From an uncultured Bacteriovoracaceae bacterium (lineage in GTDB: Bacteria > Bdellovibrionota > UBA2394): a stretch of 64,000 nt of DNA. A program made the translations under genes and the position numbers. Below are positions 15,805-25,403 of this stretch, piece after piece. The stretch covers positions 16,971-80,970 of the forward strand of contig CAZUTA010000010.1 in NCBI GenBank assembly GCA_964622975.1, read 5' to 3'. Each line of letters begins with the position of its first letter. Positions within the stretch are counted from its first letter, which is position 1. The notes beneath the pieces are model-generated. The model was not told where the DNA came from, ran no database searches, and was given only the letters and a program-made list of their open reading frames with translations.

Positions 15805-18800
15805 ATGTTCATGATCACAAAGCTTTTGGCCTCGTGGATTTTAACGCAACAAGTCGGCGCTCCCACGATGGACCCAGACTTGACTTGGAAAACTCTCAAA
15901 ACCGAGCATTTTTATATTCACTATCCTACGATTCTCGAAAAATATGGTCAGCGAATCGCCGTCAGAGCTGAGGATCTCTACGAAACCAAAACTAAAACGT
16001 TTCGCTGGGAGCCAGACCAGCCCATTCATGTCGTTTTGAGCGATCCTTCGGACTCGCCGAATGGTCTCGCGATTCCGTTGCCGTACAATACGATTTATCT
16101 CTACGGCTCCCCTCCTCTCGATGAAACAGCGCTCGATGATTACGATGATTGGTTTGCGACTCTCTTTGCGCATGAGTTTACACACACGATCCATTTGGAT
16201 ATGGCTCGCGGAATCAACAAACCCTTGAGATGGATTTTTGGGCGATTTTGGCTCCCCAATGCTCCTCAACAGCAGTGGGCGCATGAAGGCATTGCGATAT
16301 TTTACGAAACCAAACAGACGACTCGAGGCCGTGGCCGATCCAGTATGATCTCTGCCTTTTTGAGAACCGTCAGTCTCCAGAATGAGTTTGCGGGTATTGA
16401 TCGCGCGACCTATTGGAATGACACCTATCCCTACGGCAACGCCGCCTATTGGTACGGAATTGGATTTTTTGAATATTTAGATCGCACCTACGGTGAACAA
16501 AAAGTCATTGATTGGACTCACTCCACAGCCAGCAATCCGATTCCCGGATTCATGAATTTTAAGACCGATGCCGTCTTTGGCAAAAGCTTTCATCGACTCT
16601 GGGAAGAATGGAAGAGTGAACAACAGTCAAAATGGAAGACCTTTGCTGAGTCTTACCCCACATCGTTTCGTACTTTGCCTCTTCAAGTGGATGGCCAGGA
16701 TTTTAATCTATCAGGGCTTGGCAGCTGGGATGAGTCCACCAAAACTCTCTATGCGCCCGTTAAGGCGGATCGAGATTACCAAATCATGGCATTTCAATTT
16801 GATGAGCTTGGCAAGATCACTTCTTCCAAAAAAATTAAGTCAGGCACCGCAGGAAGGGTTCATTCTGGAAAGGGCTATCTTCTCTATGCCTCGCCTCAAT
16901 CCAAAGATTCCTATTCGTCATACCATGATCTTTTTTTGTATGACCTCGCCAAAGAAAAGGAAATCCGACTCACGAGGCACTTAAGACTGAGAGATGGCGT
17001 CATTGGAGCCGATGCTCTTTATGCCGTACGGACCGATCAGTTTGAAAGCTCTCTCGTTCGGATTCCTTGGGCCAAAATCGAAGGTGTTATTTCTACTGAG
17101 GAGCCGTTGTCTGCAAAGTCAGATCTCGAAGTTCTTTACAATGCCGAGGGATTAAACTCCTTAGCCAAACCGAGTCTGTCTCCCAACGGCCGATTGCTGG
17201 CCTTTTCGATGAAGCGTGAAAACAAAAATAGAGATCTCTATCTTTTGGATTTGCAGTCTCGTTCTGTCTCAGCACTGACTAACGATGACTACGATGATTA
17301 CCATCCTGTGTTTTTGAACGATGAACAAATCATCTACGCGACGGATGCTTTCTTCAAAAACTCCAAGGAGCAGATTTCGAATATTTATCGCATTGATATT
17401 CAGACTCGAGAGACCCAAGCGTTGACAGAGTGTGTGACCGCTTGTTCGCTCCCCACTCTGATGGGTTCTCGCCTCGCTGTGGGTGAACTCAGTCCACGCG
17501 GTTATGTCTTAAAACTCGTTTCGTCACTTCAGAGCCTTGGCGCACAAAGCGCTTCGGGCAAGATTTATGGCGAAGCCAAGACTTACCCAGCCAAAGCTCC
17601 GACCCCTGCCGGCGGATATCAATTTGGCAGTGCTCTCGCTCCACGCTTTTTGGCCCCTCTCTTTTTATATACAGAGAGTGATTCGCTGCTCGGAGCTCAG
17701 ACTGGCGCGCGAGATCCTTTAGGGTTTCATCAGTGGACTTTGTTTGGATTTTATCTTTTTGGAGCCGGAAGCCCAGGTGCTGCGCTTTCTTATAGTTACA
17801 AGGGCATCAGTGATTTTACATTTTTTGCCGGAGGTTATGCCGGAATCTACAACTACGGACGCGTGATGTGGGTGCCGAGCGGAACCGCCAACACTTACAC
17901 TCTCGATGCGGATGATTACTATGAACGCATTTATGGCGGCCAGGCCGGAGTGGCTCATCAGATTCGCACTCAGAATGGACCGACAGGATGGAATCTTTCC
18001 CTCGCCGGGTTTTATGAGTATCGCACAAACTTGCATTCGCAGCCTGCGGGTCTTTTGACGGGCAAAAGTAATGGCGTTCAACTCAGTCCCGAAATGGGAA
18101 CTCAATGGGGAGGTCGCTTCAATCTTGGATGGGCCAGCGATTACGAGGCCTATGTCGATGGAATTGGCCCTCATCAAGGACACGCGGTGAGCCTTTCAAC
18201 CGAATACACGCCTCAGGTGGCGGGCAGCGACTTTCAGACTTTGACAACGATCCTGTCTGCAAAGAATTTTTTCCATTTAGGAGGAGACCATGCTTTTGCC
18301 ACAAAACTCGTGGGAGGACTTCAGTGGCTTGATCCTCAATATCAGCGTAGCTTTTTGCTCGGCGGAAGCTTGGGAGAAAATCCATTTTCGAGCATGAACC
18401 GAAGGAGTTATTCGCTTCGTGGATTGCCTCAGTCCAATCTTAAGGGTGAGGGATTGTTCTTGGCCTCTTTGGAGTATCGCTTCCCGCTTCTCAAGTCGAT
18501 GCCCGGCTTTGGAACCGCGCCGCTTTGGTTTAAGAATCTGCATTCTGCCGTCTTTACGGACATCGGCGAGACGTTTCAGATTCAGGACGTCAGCATGGCT
18601 TCTGAAAACTATGCATTTAATCCGACCACAAACTCCTATTCGTATTCACTCGGCCAACGTGTGGTCGGACCGGGCACTGTTCGTGATCTCAAAGACGCAC
18701 GCCCGAGTGCCAGCGTGGGTGTCGAATTGAGGTCTGATATCAGCGTGACGTATGCGCCTCCGCTTCAGTATCGCCTCGGTTACGCCTACCTCTTGTTTCG

Positions 18801-18867
18801 ACAGGGAGATAACCTCGCCAAAGAAAGGCAAGATGAATTTTACTTTCAGTTGGGTTCGAGTTTTTAA
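15805..18867 (+). CDS. outer-membrane protein: HExxH peptidase-like domain + PD40/TolB-like segment + Omp85-type C-terminal barrel
   Basis: 1020 aa. Motifs are 'FAHEFTHTIHLD...WAHEGIAIFYE', 'SPNGRLLAFSMKRENKNRDLYLLDL', 'SLRGLPQSNLKGEGLFLASLEYRFPL' and the terminal 'YFQLGSSF'. Confidence 0.75.
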   Translation: MFMITKLLASWILTQQVGAPTMDPDLTWKTLKTEHFYIHYPTILEKYGQRIAVRAEDLYETKTKTFRWEPDQPIHVVLSDPSDSPNGLAIPLPYNTIYLYGSPPLDETALDDYDDWFATLFAHEFTHTIHLDMARGINKPLRWIFGRFWLPNAPQQQWAHEGIAIFYETKQTTRGRGRSSMISAFLRTVSLQNEFAGIDRATYWNDTYPYGNAAYWYGIGFFEYLDRTYGEQKVIDWTHSTASNPIPGFMNFKTDAVFGKSFHRLWEEWKSEQQSKWKTFAESYPTSFRTLPLQVDGQDFNLSGLGSWDESTKTLYAPVKADRDYQIMAFQFDELGKITSSKKIKSGTAGRVHSGKGYLLYASPQSKDSYSSYHDLFLYDLAKEKEIRLTRHLRLRDGVIGADALYAVRTDQFESSLVRIPWAKIEGVISTEEPLSAKSDLEVLYNAEGLNSLAKPSLSPNGRLLAFSMKRENKNRDLYLLDLQSRSVSALTNDDYDDYHPVFLNDEQIIYATDAFFKNSKEQISNIYRIDIQTRETQALTECVTACSLPTLMGSRLAVGELSPRGYVLKLVSSLQSLGAQSASGKIYGEAKTYPAKAPTPAGGYQFGSALAPRFLAPLFLYTESDSLLGAQTGARDPLGFHQWTLFGFYLFGAGSPGAALSYSYKGISDFTFFAGGYAGIYNYGRVMWVPSGTANTYTLDADDYYERIYGGQAGVAHQIRTQNGPTGWNLSLAGFYEYRTNLHSQPAGLLTGKSNGVQLSPEMGTQWGGRFNLGWASDYEAYVDGIGPHQGHAVSLSTEYTPQVAGSDFQTLTTILSAKNFFHLGGDHAFATKLVGGLQWLDPQYQRSFLLGGSLGENPFSSMNRRSYSLRGLPQSNLKGEGLFLASLEYRFPLLKSMPGFGTAPLWFKNLHSAVFTDIGETFQIQDVSMASENYAFNPTTNSYSYSLGQRVVGPGTVRDLKDARPSASVGVELRSDISVTYAPPLQYRLGYAYLLFRQGDNLAKERQDEFYFQLGSSF

Positions 18868-18913
18868 CGTTTTTCGATGACAAGAAAGATCTCTTTTCCT
18901 AAACCTGAGGGCC

Positions 18914-20374
18914 ATGAAGTCTTGTCTGTTTCTGAACAGAGTCGCCCTTCTTTCTGCTTTTATTTTGACCTCTTCGATTTTGCCGACCTTCGGTGCGGAC
19001 GTCGCTTGGGAAGGTTATTTTAGAACGCGCTACAATCTCTTTTACAACATTGATTTGGATCGAGATGCGACGCCTAAGCTGCGCCAGTTTAACGATCTGA
19101 GATTCCGCCTCAATCCTACTTTTTTTGTTTCGGACAAAGTTCGAGTCCGAACTTCTCTCAATTTTTTTGACGGGGTCTTAGGCGACAATCCTTTTCGAGC
19201 GACAACGTATGGCAATCCTGCCACAACCCAGAACCGCTTGATCGATTCAGATGAAAACAATGCCGTCGTCGGCGGCGGAATCAACACGCGCACCTCCATG
19301 GGAGGGGTAGCAGCGCCAGAAGGCTACTCCGATACATCGGATCTCACTCCCCTTCAGCTTCGTCGCATTTGGGGAGAATTTGACTTGCCCTACGGGACAA
19401 TCAAAGTGGGTCGAATGCCCGTTCATCTCGGCATGGGGATTTATGCCAATGCAGGCGATGAGACTCATCAAGAAGTGGGCACGACTCGAGATCGAATCAT
19501 GTTTGATACTTCGTTTGGCCCCTATTACGTCCGCCCGGGTTTGAGCTGGAGGAGCGAGGGCTCCCTGGATAACGGAGGAGACGATTATATAGAGTACTTT
19601 TTTCATTTTGGTCGGATGACGGATGTTCAGGAAGTAGGGCTCTACCTCTCTTATAATTCTCAGAACAAATCCACCTCAACGACGGAAGGTGGGAGCGCAG
19701 ACACCACATCGGCAGATGCCGCCAATTTGAAGTCGTCCTACTGGGCCTTTGATTTTTATGTTCAGCAGAAGTTTGAACCCGTCAATCTGCAGGCCGAAAT
19801 TCTCCTCGTCAGCGGCAAATACGCTGGCAAAAATATCATGGCGATCAACTCGGCCGCTCGAGCCGAATTCACACTGAGCCCCAAGACCAAATTTATGATT
19901 GAGCCTGGATATTCGAGCGGGACCTCGGAAAGTGATCTGGCCGCGGGTGACATTAAGTCGATGGCTTTCAATCGAGATTACAATGTTTCGCTCCTCGTCT
20001 TTGAAGAAGCTCTTCCTGGAGGACTTTATACGAAAGATTCTACTGGAACGGTGACATCATCTGCGACAGCGACATCTCCTCACGCCGGAGCGATTGCCAA
20101 TGCGTTTTATGGCCGGCTTCGACTGGATTATGATGCGACTTCTTTCTTTAAGCCCTCGATCAATGTGGTCATGCCTGTTGCCGCCACCAAAACAAACGAG
20201 ATGGCGGGGCGCTGGTACGGTGTCGAATACGACATCATGACTACTTGGCCCATGGATAAATATTGGTCGGCCTATTTGGACTGGGGACATTTTATCCCCA
20301 ACAAAGCTTATGAAAGAATTTCGAGTGGGCATTCTGTGATCTTGATGCGCGGGGGCATTACGGCGACTTTTTAG
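18914..20374 (+). CDS. putative outer-membrane beta-barrel protein
   Basis: 486 aa with signal peptide 'LLSAFILTSSILPTFGADV', alternating beta-like sequence and a C-terminal 'GGITATF'. Confidence 0.65.
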   Translation: MKSCLFLNRVALLSAFILTSSILPTFGADVAWEGYFRTRYNLFYNIDLDRDATPKLRQFNDLRFRLNPTFFVSDKVRVRTSLNFFDGVLGDNPFRATTYGNPATTQNRLIDSDENNAVVGGGINTRTSMGGVAAPEGYSDTSDLTPLQLRRIWGEFDLPYGTIKVGRMPVHLGMGIYANAGDETHQEVGTTRDRIMFDTSFGPYYVRPGLSWRSEGSLDNGGDDYIEYFFHFGRMTDVQEVGLYLSYNSQNKSTSTTEGGSADTTSADAANLKSSYWAFDFYVQQKFEPVNLQAEILLVSGKYAGKNIMAINSAARAEFTLSPKTKFMIEPGYSSGTSESDLAAGDIKSMAFNRDYNVSLLVFEEALPGGLYTKDSTGTVTSSATATSPHAGAIANAFYGRLRLDYDATSFFKPSINVVMPVAATKTNEMAGRWYGVEYDIMTTWPMDKYWSAYLDWGHFIPNKAYERISSGHSVILMRGGITATF

Positions 20375-20396
20375 TTGAACAAGGACAGCGGGCTTC

Positions 20397-21701
20397 ATGG
20401 GAACCATCTTCAACGGCTTTAAGTATCAAGATCATATCCTCTCGGCCGCGGGCGTCTCATTGCGTGAGATCGCCGAAAAAGTGGGGACTCCCACCTATGT
20501 TTATGTGAGCGAATTGATCACAGAGGCTTATCAAGAGCTCGATCGAGCGCTTGAGCCGATTCCGCATATTGTTTGTTATGCGATTAAGGCCAACTCTAAT
20601 TTGGCGATTATTCGAACCCTCGCTCAACAGGGATGTGGGGCCGATATTGTCTCTGGGGGCGAACTTTACCGAGCTCTCGAAGCCGAAGTCCCCAATGAGA
20701 AAATTGTCTTTTCGGGTGTAGGCAAAACAAAGGACGAGATTGATTTTGGTATTCGCAAAAAAATATTGGCCTTTAATGTCGAGAGCGAGCCTGAGCTTGT
20801 GGCCATTGATTTTGTCGCTAAAACTCTTAAAAAAGTCGCGAATGTTTTGATTCGAGTTAATCCCGATGTGGACCCCAAAACGCACCCCTATGTGGCCACG
20901 GGTTTGCGCGAATCCAAATTTGGGATTCCTTATCGTGAGGCGCCCGCGCTGATTCGCCAGGCGCTCAAACTCAAGAACGTCAATCTCGTGGGACTCGGCT
21001 GCCATATAGGAAGTCAGATTACTCAGATCAGTCCCTATGTGGATTCGTTCAAACGAATGCTTAAACTTTTTGATGAAGCGCTCAAATTAAAGGCCGACCT
21101 CACTCACTTTGACGTCGGCGGAGGTTTGGGAATTGTCTATAACAACGAAAAGCCACCGGCTCTAGGGGCCTGGGCTCAATCGATCCTGCGCGAAGTCAAA
21201 GATCGAAAATTCACCCTCATTTTGGAACCTGGTCGATCACTTGTGGGCAATGCCGGAGTGCTTTTAACTCATGTGATTTATTCCAAACGCGGTGAGACCA
21301 ACAACTATGTGATCACAGACACCGGCATGAACGATTTGATTCGCCCCGCTCTCTATGGTTCTTATCACGCGATATTGCCCGTGCATTATCGACGATACAA
21401 AAAGATCAAAGCTGCGGTCGTAGGACCCAATTGTGAGAGTGGCGATATTCTGACTAAAACTCGCCGAATTCAAAACTTTCAATCCGGCGATCTTCTTGCG
21501 GTCATGAGTGCTGGAGCCTATGGAGCGAGCATGTCGAGCCAATATAACTCGCGGCCCCGTGCGGCCGAGGTCCTCATTCATGATGGACGATTTCATGTGA
21601 TTCGTGAGCGAGAGACCCCTGAGGACCTCATCCGAAACGAAAAAGTCCCCACTTACCTCAAGGCCTCGAGCCTTCTTGCGAGACGAGTCTCTTTATCGTA
21701 A
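20397..21701 (+). CDS. lysA: diaminopimelate decarboxylase
   Basis: 434 aa with 'YAIKANSN' (PLP Lys), 'DVGGGLG', 'EPGRSLV' and 'GPNCESGD'. Confidence 0.93.
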   Translation: MGTIFNGFKYQDHILSAAGVSLREIAEKVGTPTYVYVSELITEAYQELDRALEPIPHIVCYAIKANSNLAIIRTLAQQGCGADIVSGGELYRALEAEVPNEKIVFSGVGKTKDEIDFGIRKKILAFNVESEPELVAIDFVAKTLKKVANVLIRVNPDVDPKTHPYVATGLRESKFGIPYREAPALIRQALKLKNVNLVGLGCHIGSQITQISPYVDSFKRMLKLFDEALKLKADLTHFDVGGGLGIVYNNEKPPALGAWAQSILREVKDRKFTLILEPGRSLVGNAGVLLTHVIYSKRGETNNYVITDTGMNDLIRPALYGSYHAILPVHYRRYKKIKAAVVGPNCESGDILTKTRRIQNFQSGDLLAVMSAGAYGASMSSQYNSRPRAAEVLIHDGRFHVIRERETPEDLIRNEKVPTYLKASSLLARRVSLS

Positions 21702-21714
21702 ACCTTTAAAGACT

Positions 21715-22593
21715 ATGCCCAATATCATTAAGGGGGTTTATACCGCCCTGATTACGCCTTTTAAAGCCAACGGTCGCGGGATAGACGAAAGCGTCCTTAG
21801 GGATCTCATTCAAAGACAGATTGCGGCCGGCATCCAGGGCATTGTTCTCGGAGGATCCACGGGTGAGGGCCAGACGCTTGAAATGAGTGAACTCGAAACT
21901 CTTCTCAAAGTGGCTCTTGAGCATAAAGGCAAAATTCAAGTGATCGGCGCCTGCGGGATGAGCGGCACCCAAGCGACGGCTGATCGTTATCATTGGATTT
22001 CCCAGACGGGTGTCGACGCAGTTTTGGTTTCTAATCCTGCGTACAACAAACCTCCTCAAAGAGGACTCGTCGCACACTTTGAAGCCATCGCGGCTCGCGC
22101 CTCAACTCCCCTCATTGTGTATAATATTCCCGGTCGATCGAGTGTGAATTTGTTGCCTGAGAGTCTTAAAACCCTTTGGGCGATTCCGCATATTTTGGCC
22201 GTCAAAGAATCTTCGGGCTCAATAGAGCAAATTCAATCCGTTCTCGGTGAAATTCCTCAAGGCAAAGTACTTTTGAGTGGAGATGATCCTCTCAATCTTT
22301 CGGTTTGGGCTCTTGGAGGTCAAGGGACCGTCAGCGTGCTTTCAAACGTATTGCCCGAAAAAGTAGCCGAACTCTGGTCGCTCTGGAACCAAGGCAAGAT
22401 GGAGTCGGCTCGAACACTGCATCTCAAGCTTTCAAGAATCACTCAGCTTTTATTCTCGGAATCCAATCCGATTCCCACAAAGTTTGCTGTAGGCTCGATC
22501 CTGAAGAAGGACCTGTTGCCACGTCTTCCGCTTGTTTCGCTCGACGAAAAGTTTAAGGCCCCTCTCTTACAGGAACTCAAAAGCTGGCTATGA
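21715..22593 (+). CDS. dapA: 4-hydroxy-tetrahydrodipicolinate synthase
   Basis: ORF 21604..22593. The true start is probably Met at 21715 ('MPNIIKGVYTALITPF'). It also has 'GGSTGEG' and 'YNIPGRS...AVKESSG'. Confidence 0.92.
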   Translation: MPNIIKGVYTALITPFKANGRGIDESVLRDLIQRQIAAGIQGIVLGGSTGEGQTLEMSELETLLKVALEHKGKIQVIGACGMSGTQATADRYHWISQTGVDAVLVSNPAYNKPPQRGLVAHFEAIAARASTPLIVYNIPGRSSVNLLPESLKTLWAIPHILAVKESSGSIEQIQSVLGEIPQGKVLLSGDDPLNLSVWALGGQGTVSVLSNVLPEKVAELWSLWNQGKMESARTLHLKLSRITQLLFSESNPIPTKFAVGSILKKDLLPRLPLVSLDEKFKAPLLQELKSWL

Positions 22594-23255
22594 CCGACAT
22601 CATTTTGATTGGAGCTCAAGGGCGCATGAGTCTTGCTCTTCAAGAACAGTTAAAATCGCGCGGACAGAGTTTTAAAATTCATTCCCGTCAGCAACCTCTT
22701 CAGAGCTTTAGAGGATGCGGCGGGGTTGTAGACTTTTCATCCCCAGAGGCGTTTGAAGAAATTGCTCAAAAGACTTTGGAGGCCCAAATTCCATGGGTCT
22801 GTGGGAGCACGGGTTTTAAGAATATGAAGGCAGTCGATGCGCGCTTAAAGGAAATTGGAAATCAGATTCCGTTTTTATGGGATTCGAATTTTTCTCTGGG
22901 TGTGGAGCGGCTCTGCCAGTGGGCCGAGCGTATGGCCGGCGATCATCCAAAGGCGCCCGTCGAAATTCTCGACATCCATCATATCCACAAAAAGGACTCG
23001 CCCAGCGGAACGGCCCTCAAAATTCAAAGTCGAATTTTGCAAGCTTCGCCCCAACAGACGATCGAAATTGTGTCTAAGCGAGAGGGAGAGGTCTTTGGAA
23101 TTCACTCGGTGACCTTCAAACTCAAAGACGAAAACCTCACCTTGACCCATGAGGCTCGTTCCCGAAATATTTTTGCTGAGGGTGCGCTCTCGGCCATGGA
23201 GTGGCTCCAAAAAAAATCGAAAGGCTTTTATACGATGAGAGATGTTTTAAAATGA
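22590..23255 (+). CDS. dapB: 4-hydroxy-tetrahydrodipicolinate reductase (short form)
   Basis: 221 aa with 'IILIGAQGRMS' and 'DIHHIHKKDSPSGTA'. The ATGA overlap with dapA indicates translational coupling. Confidence 0.85.
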   Translation: MTDIILIGAQGRMSLALQEQLKSRGQSFKIHSRQQPLQSFRGCGGVVDFSSPEAFEEIAQKTLEAQIPWVCGSTGFKNMKAVDARLKEIGNQIPFLWDSNFSLGVERLCQWAERMAGDHPKAPVEILDIHHIHKKDSPSGTALKIQSRILQASPQQTIEIVSKREGEVFGIHSVTFKLKDENLTLTHEARSRNIFAEGALSAMEWLQKKSKGFYTMRDVLK

Positions 23256-24409
23256 GTTTTCAAAAGGCCCTGCGACTTCAAAAATTGCCCCCCTATGTGT
23301 TTGCCGAAGTGAACAAAAAAAAGGCTCGGCTCTTAGCCGAAGGCAAGGATCTGATTGATCTTGGAATGGGCGATTGCGACTTGCCCACCCCTCCCGCGAT
23401 TGTGAAGGTCTTGCAAGAAACGGCGACGGAACCCAAAAACCATCGATACTCTTCATACGCTGGCTTACCAGAGTTTCGCAAAACGATCGCTGAGTGGATG
23501 GATCGTCGGTTTTCTGTCTCGGTCAATCCTGACACAGAAGTTTGCCAAGTGATTGGCAGCAAAGAAGGACTGTCACATTTTACAGAGTGCTTTGTGAATC
23601 CTGGTGATTATACATTGAGCCCGGATCCAGGCTATCCCGTGTATACGAACGCTACGATTTTGGCTGGAGGGACACCTCTCTATTATCCTTTGCTTTGGGA
23701 AAATGATTTTAAACCCGACTGGTCAAAAATTGGCGACGAGGTTTGGCGTTCGATCAAATTGATTTTTATTAATTATCCGCACAATCCAACGGGAGCGACA
23801 ATATCGCTCAACACCTATGCCGAACTCGTCGAACGAGCGAAGCACTATAAGTTTATGATTGTTTCGGATTCGCCCTACTGCGAGCAAGGCTATGGAGATC
23901 TGCCGCCATGCTTATTGCAGGTTCCCGGAGCCAAGGATGTGGCGGTCGAGTTCTTTAGTCTCAGTAAGACGTACAATATGACCGGTTGGCGAGTGGGATT
24001 TGCCGTCGGACAAGCTCAGCTCGTCGGCGCACTCCATGAAATCAAAGCCACGCTTGATACGGGAATTTTTATGCCCATCCAGCGCGCTGCAATGGCAGCA
24101 CTCAAAGGAGCCGACGAAGAACTCATTACCCCCTCCAAAGAGGTTTATCACTATCGCCGAAAGCTGATGGTCGAGGGGCTCAAGGCCAAGGGCTACGAAG
24201 TTTTTGATGGAGGAGCGACATTCTATTTATGGATCAAAAATCCGAGCAAGATGTCCTCACAAGAGATTGCCTCTCAATTGATGGATAAGGGAGTGGTCGT
24301 CACGCCAGGACATGGATTTGGAAAAGTGGGTGAAGGCTATTTTCGCATGTCGCTCACAGTGCCTGAAGAGCGCTTAAAGCAAGTTCTCGAACGAATGCCG
24401 GCGGCATAA
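23252..24409 (+). CDS. dapL: class I aminotransferase, probable LL-diaminopimelate aminotransferase
   Basis: ORF 23201..24409. The Met at 23252 forms an ATGA overlap with the dapB stop. Motifs are 'LPPYVFAEVNKKK' and 'FFSLSKTYNMTGWRVG'. The function is inferred from the lysA-dapA-dapB context. Confidence 0.75.
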   Translation: MSFQKALRLQKLPPYVFAEVNKKKARLLAEGKDLIDLGMGDCDLPTPPAIVKVLQETATEPKNHRYSSYAGLPEFRKTIAEWMDRRFSVSVNPDTEVCQVIGSKEGLSHFTECFVNPGDYTLSPDPGYPVYTNATILAGGTPLYYPLLWENDFKPDWSKIGDEVWRSIKLIFINYPHNPTGATISLNTYAELVERAKHYKFMIVSDSPYCEQGYGDLPPCLLQVPGAKDVAVEFFSLSKTYNMTGWRVGFAVGQAQLVGALHEIKATLDTGIFMPIQRAAMAALKGADEELITPSKEVYHYRRKLMVEGLKAKGYEVFDGGATFYLWIKNPSKMSSQEIASQLMDKGVVVTPGHGFGKVGEGYFRMSLTVPEERLKQVLERMPAA

Positions 24410-24441
24410 AAAAGCAGGGCCCGGTAGTCACCGGGCCCTGT
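24408..24441. terminator. bidirectional rho-independent terminator
   Basis: CAGGGCCCGG-TAGTCA-CCGGGCCCTG (24415-24440) has a 5' A-tract on the plus strand, which reads as a T-tract on the minus strand. It sits between convergent dapL and CDS 24489..25301. Confidence 0.75.
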
Positions 24442-24488
24442 GCGTGTAGTTCAGATCATTCGGTTGTTGTTCGTTCGTTGTTTGTTGT

Positions 24489-25301
24489 CTAACGCTTTGC
24501 CGCGAGGATCTTTGCGACGTTCCTTTTTGCCGTCAGCAAATTGCGGTTCGAAACTTTTCGAGGATTGTGCAATTCTTCACTCCAGTCGCTCGACGAAATC
24601 GAGACAGACTGCATCGCTCTTAAGAAACTTGCTTCAGGTGCAGAGGCAAATGACATCGCCATCGCCATATTGGGTTGAGGAGCGGGTGTAGCAAAGTCAA
24701 AGACATCGCCCAGATTAGCTCCGACGAAAATCCCTCCATTTTTGCCGCTGCCCGGTCCGTACAAACAGATCGCGGCAAAAGCCAAGTTCTGCTCATTTCT
24801 AAAATTCTGACAAACAGCTAATCCTGCAGGAACATATTGAGAGTTCATCTGAGGAATGCCCACCGTGGTGGCAATCTGAAGTTCAGGGGTGATGCTGAGG
24901 AGTGCATCCACATCAAAGCCATTTGCCTTATAAACAGGAATGCTCAAAAGCGGAGCTTGGATAGCCACAGGGAGAGGACTTCCGTTAGGCAAAGTCGCCA
25001 CGGTGCCAATGTTTCCGAGCTGTCCTGCCACTAAAGCTTGCAAACTCACTTCGACTCCAATTCGAGCGTTTTCAGTCTGAGTTGCCGGAGTAAAGACGAG
25101 TTGCCCCATGCCATTACCGATGGGATAGCTTCCATTGAGCATATTGATCTGCAAGCCATCACTCATTTCGATACTCAACTGCGCTGTTTGCTGTTCGACA
25201 TCCAAATTCAATTGAACCTTGTCACCCAAAGCCATATCGCCACAACCTGTTGACAGTAATGCTGCTGTCAAAAGTGTCGGAACCAGTACGATTGATTTCA
25301 T
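24489..25301 (-). CDS. putative lipoprotein (orphan)
   Basis: 270 aa with 'LLTAALLSTGCGDM' lipobox. A sigma-54 promoter lies upstream. Confidence 0.65.
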   Translation of the reverse strand: MKSIVLVPTLLTAALLSTGCGDMALGDKVQLNLDVEQQTAQLSIEMSDGLQINMLNGSYPIGNGMGQLVFTPATQTENARIGVEVSLQALVAGQLGNIGTVATLPNGSPLPVAIQAPLLSIPVYKANGFDVDALLSITPELQIATTVGIPQMNSQYVPAGLAVCQNFRNEQNLAFAAICLYGPGSGKNGGIFVGANLGDVFDFATPAPQPNMAMAMSFASAPEASFLRAMQSVSISSSDWSEELHNPRKVSNRNLLTAKRNVAKILAAKR

Positions 25302-25386
25302 GTTTACGTTCTCCCCACTCTCGTTTCACAAAGAGTTTCGGCCGACTGACACCACCCCGGCGGTGTCGACCGATGGGTCAAGAGAT

Positions 25387-25403
25387 CGCAACCTTGGTGC
25401 CAG
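25387..25403 (-). promoter_or_regulatory. sigma-54 promoter (TGGCAC-CAAGG-TTGCG)
   Basis: The minus strand reads CTGGCACCAAGGTTGCGAT with canonical -24 GG / -12 GC spacing. The -12 GC lies 87 nt upstream of the ATG at 25301. Confidence 0.7.

Noticed and set aside
21604-21714. N-terminal extensions of ORFs that overlap upstream genes: dapA from 21604, dapL from 23201, ettA from 32357, mutS from 53563, cinA to 1426, pgpA to 1866 and DUF4286 to 37510.
   Set aside because: Internal Met codons reproduce the canonical family N-termini and give ATGA overlaps or short gaps. The extensions are unconserved-looking read-through of the ORF finder.
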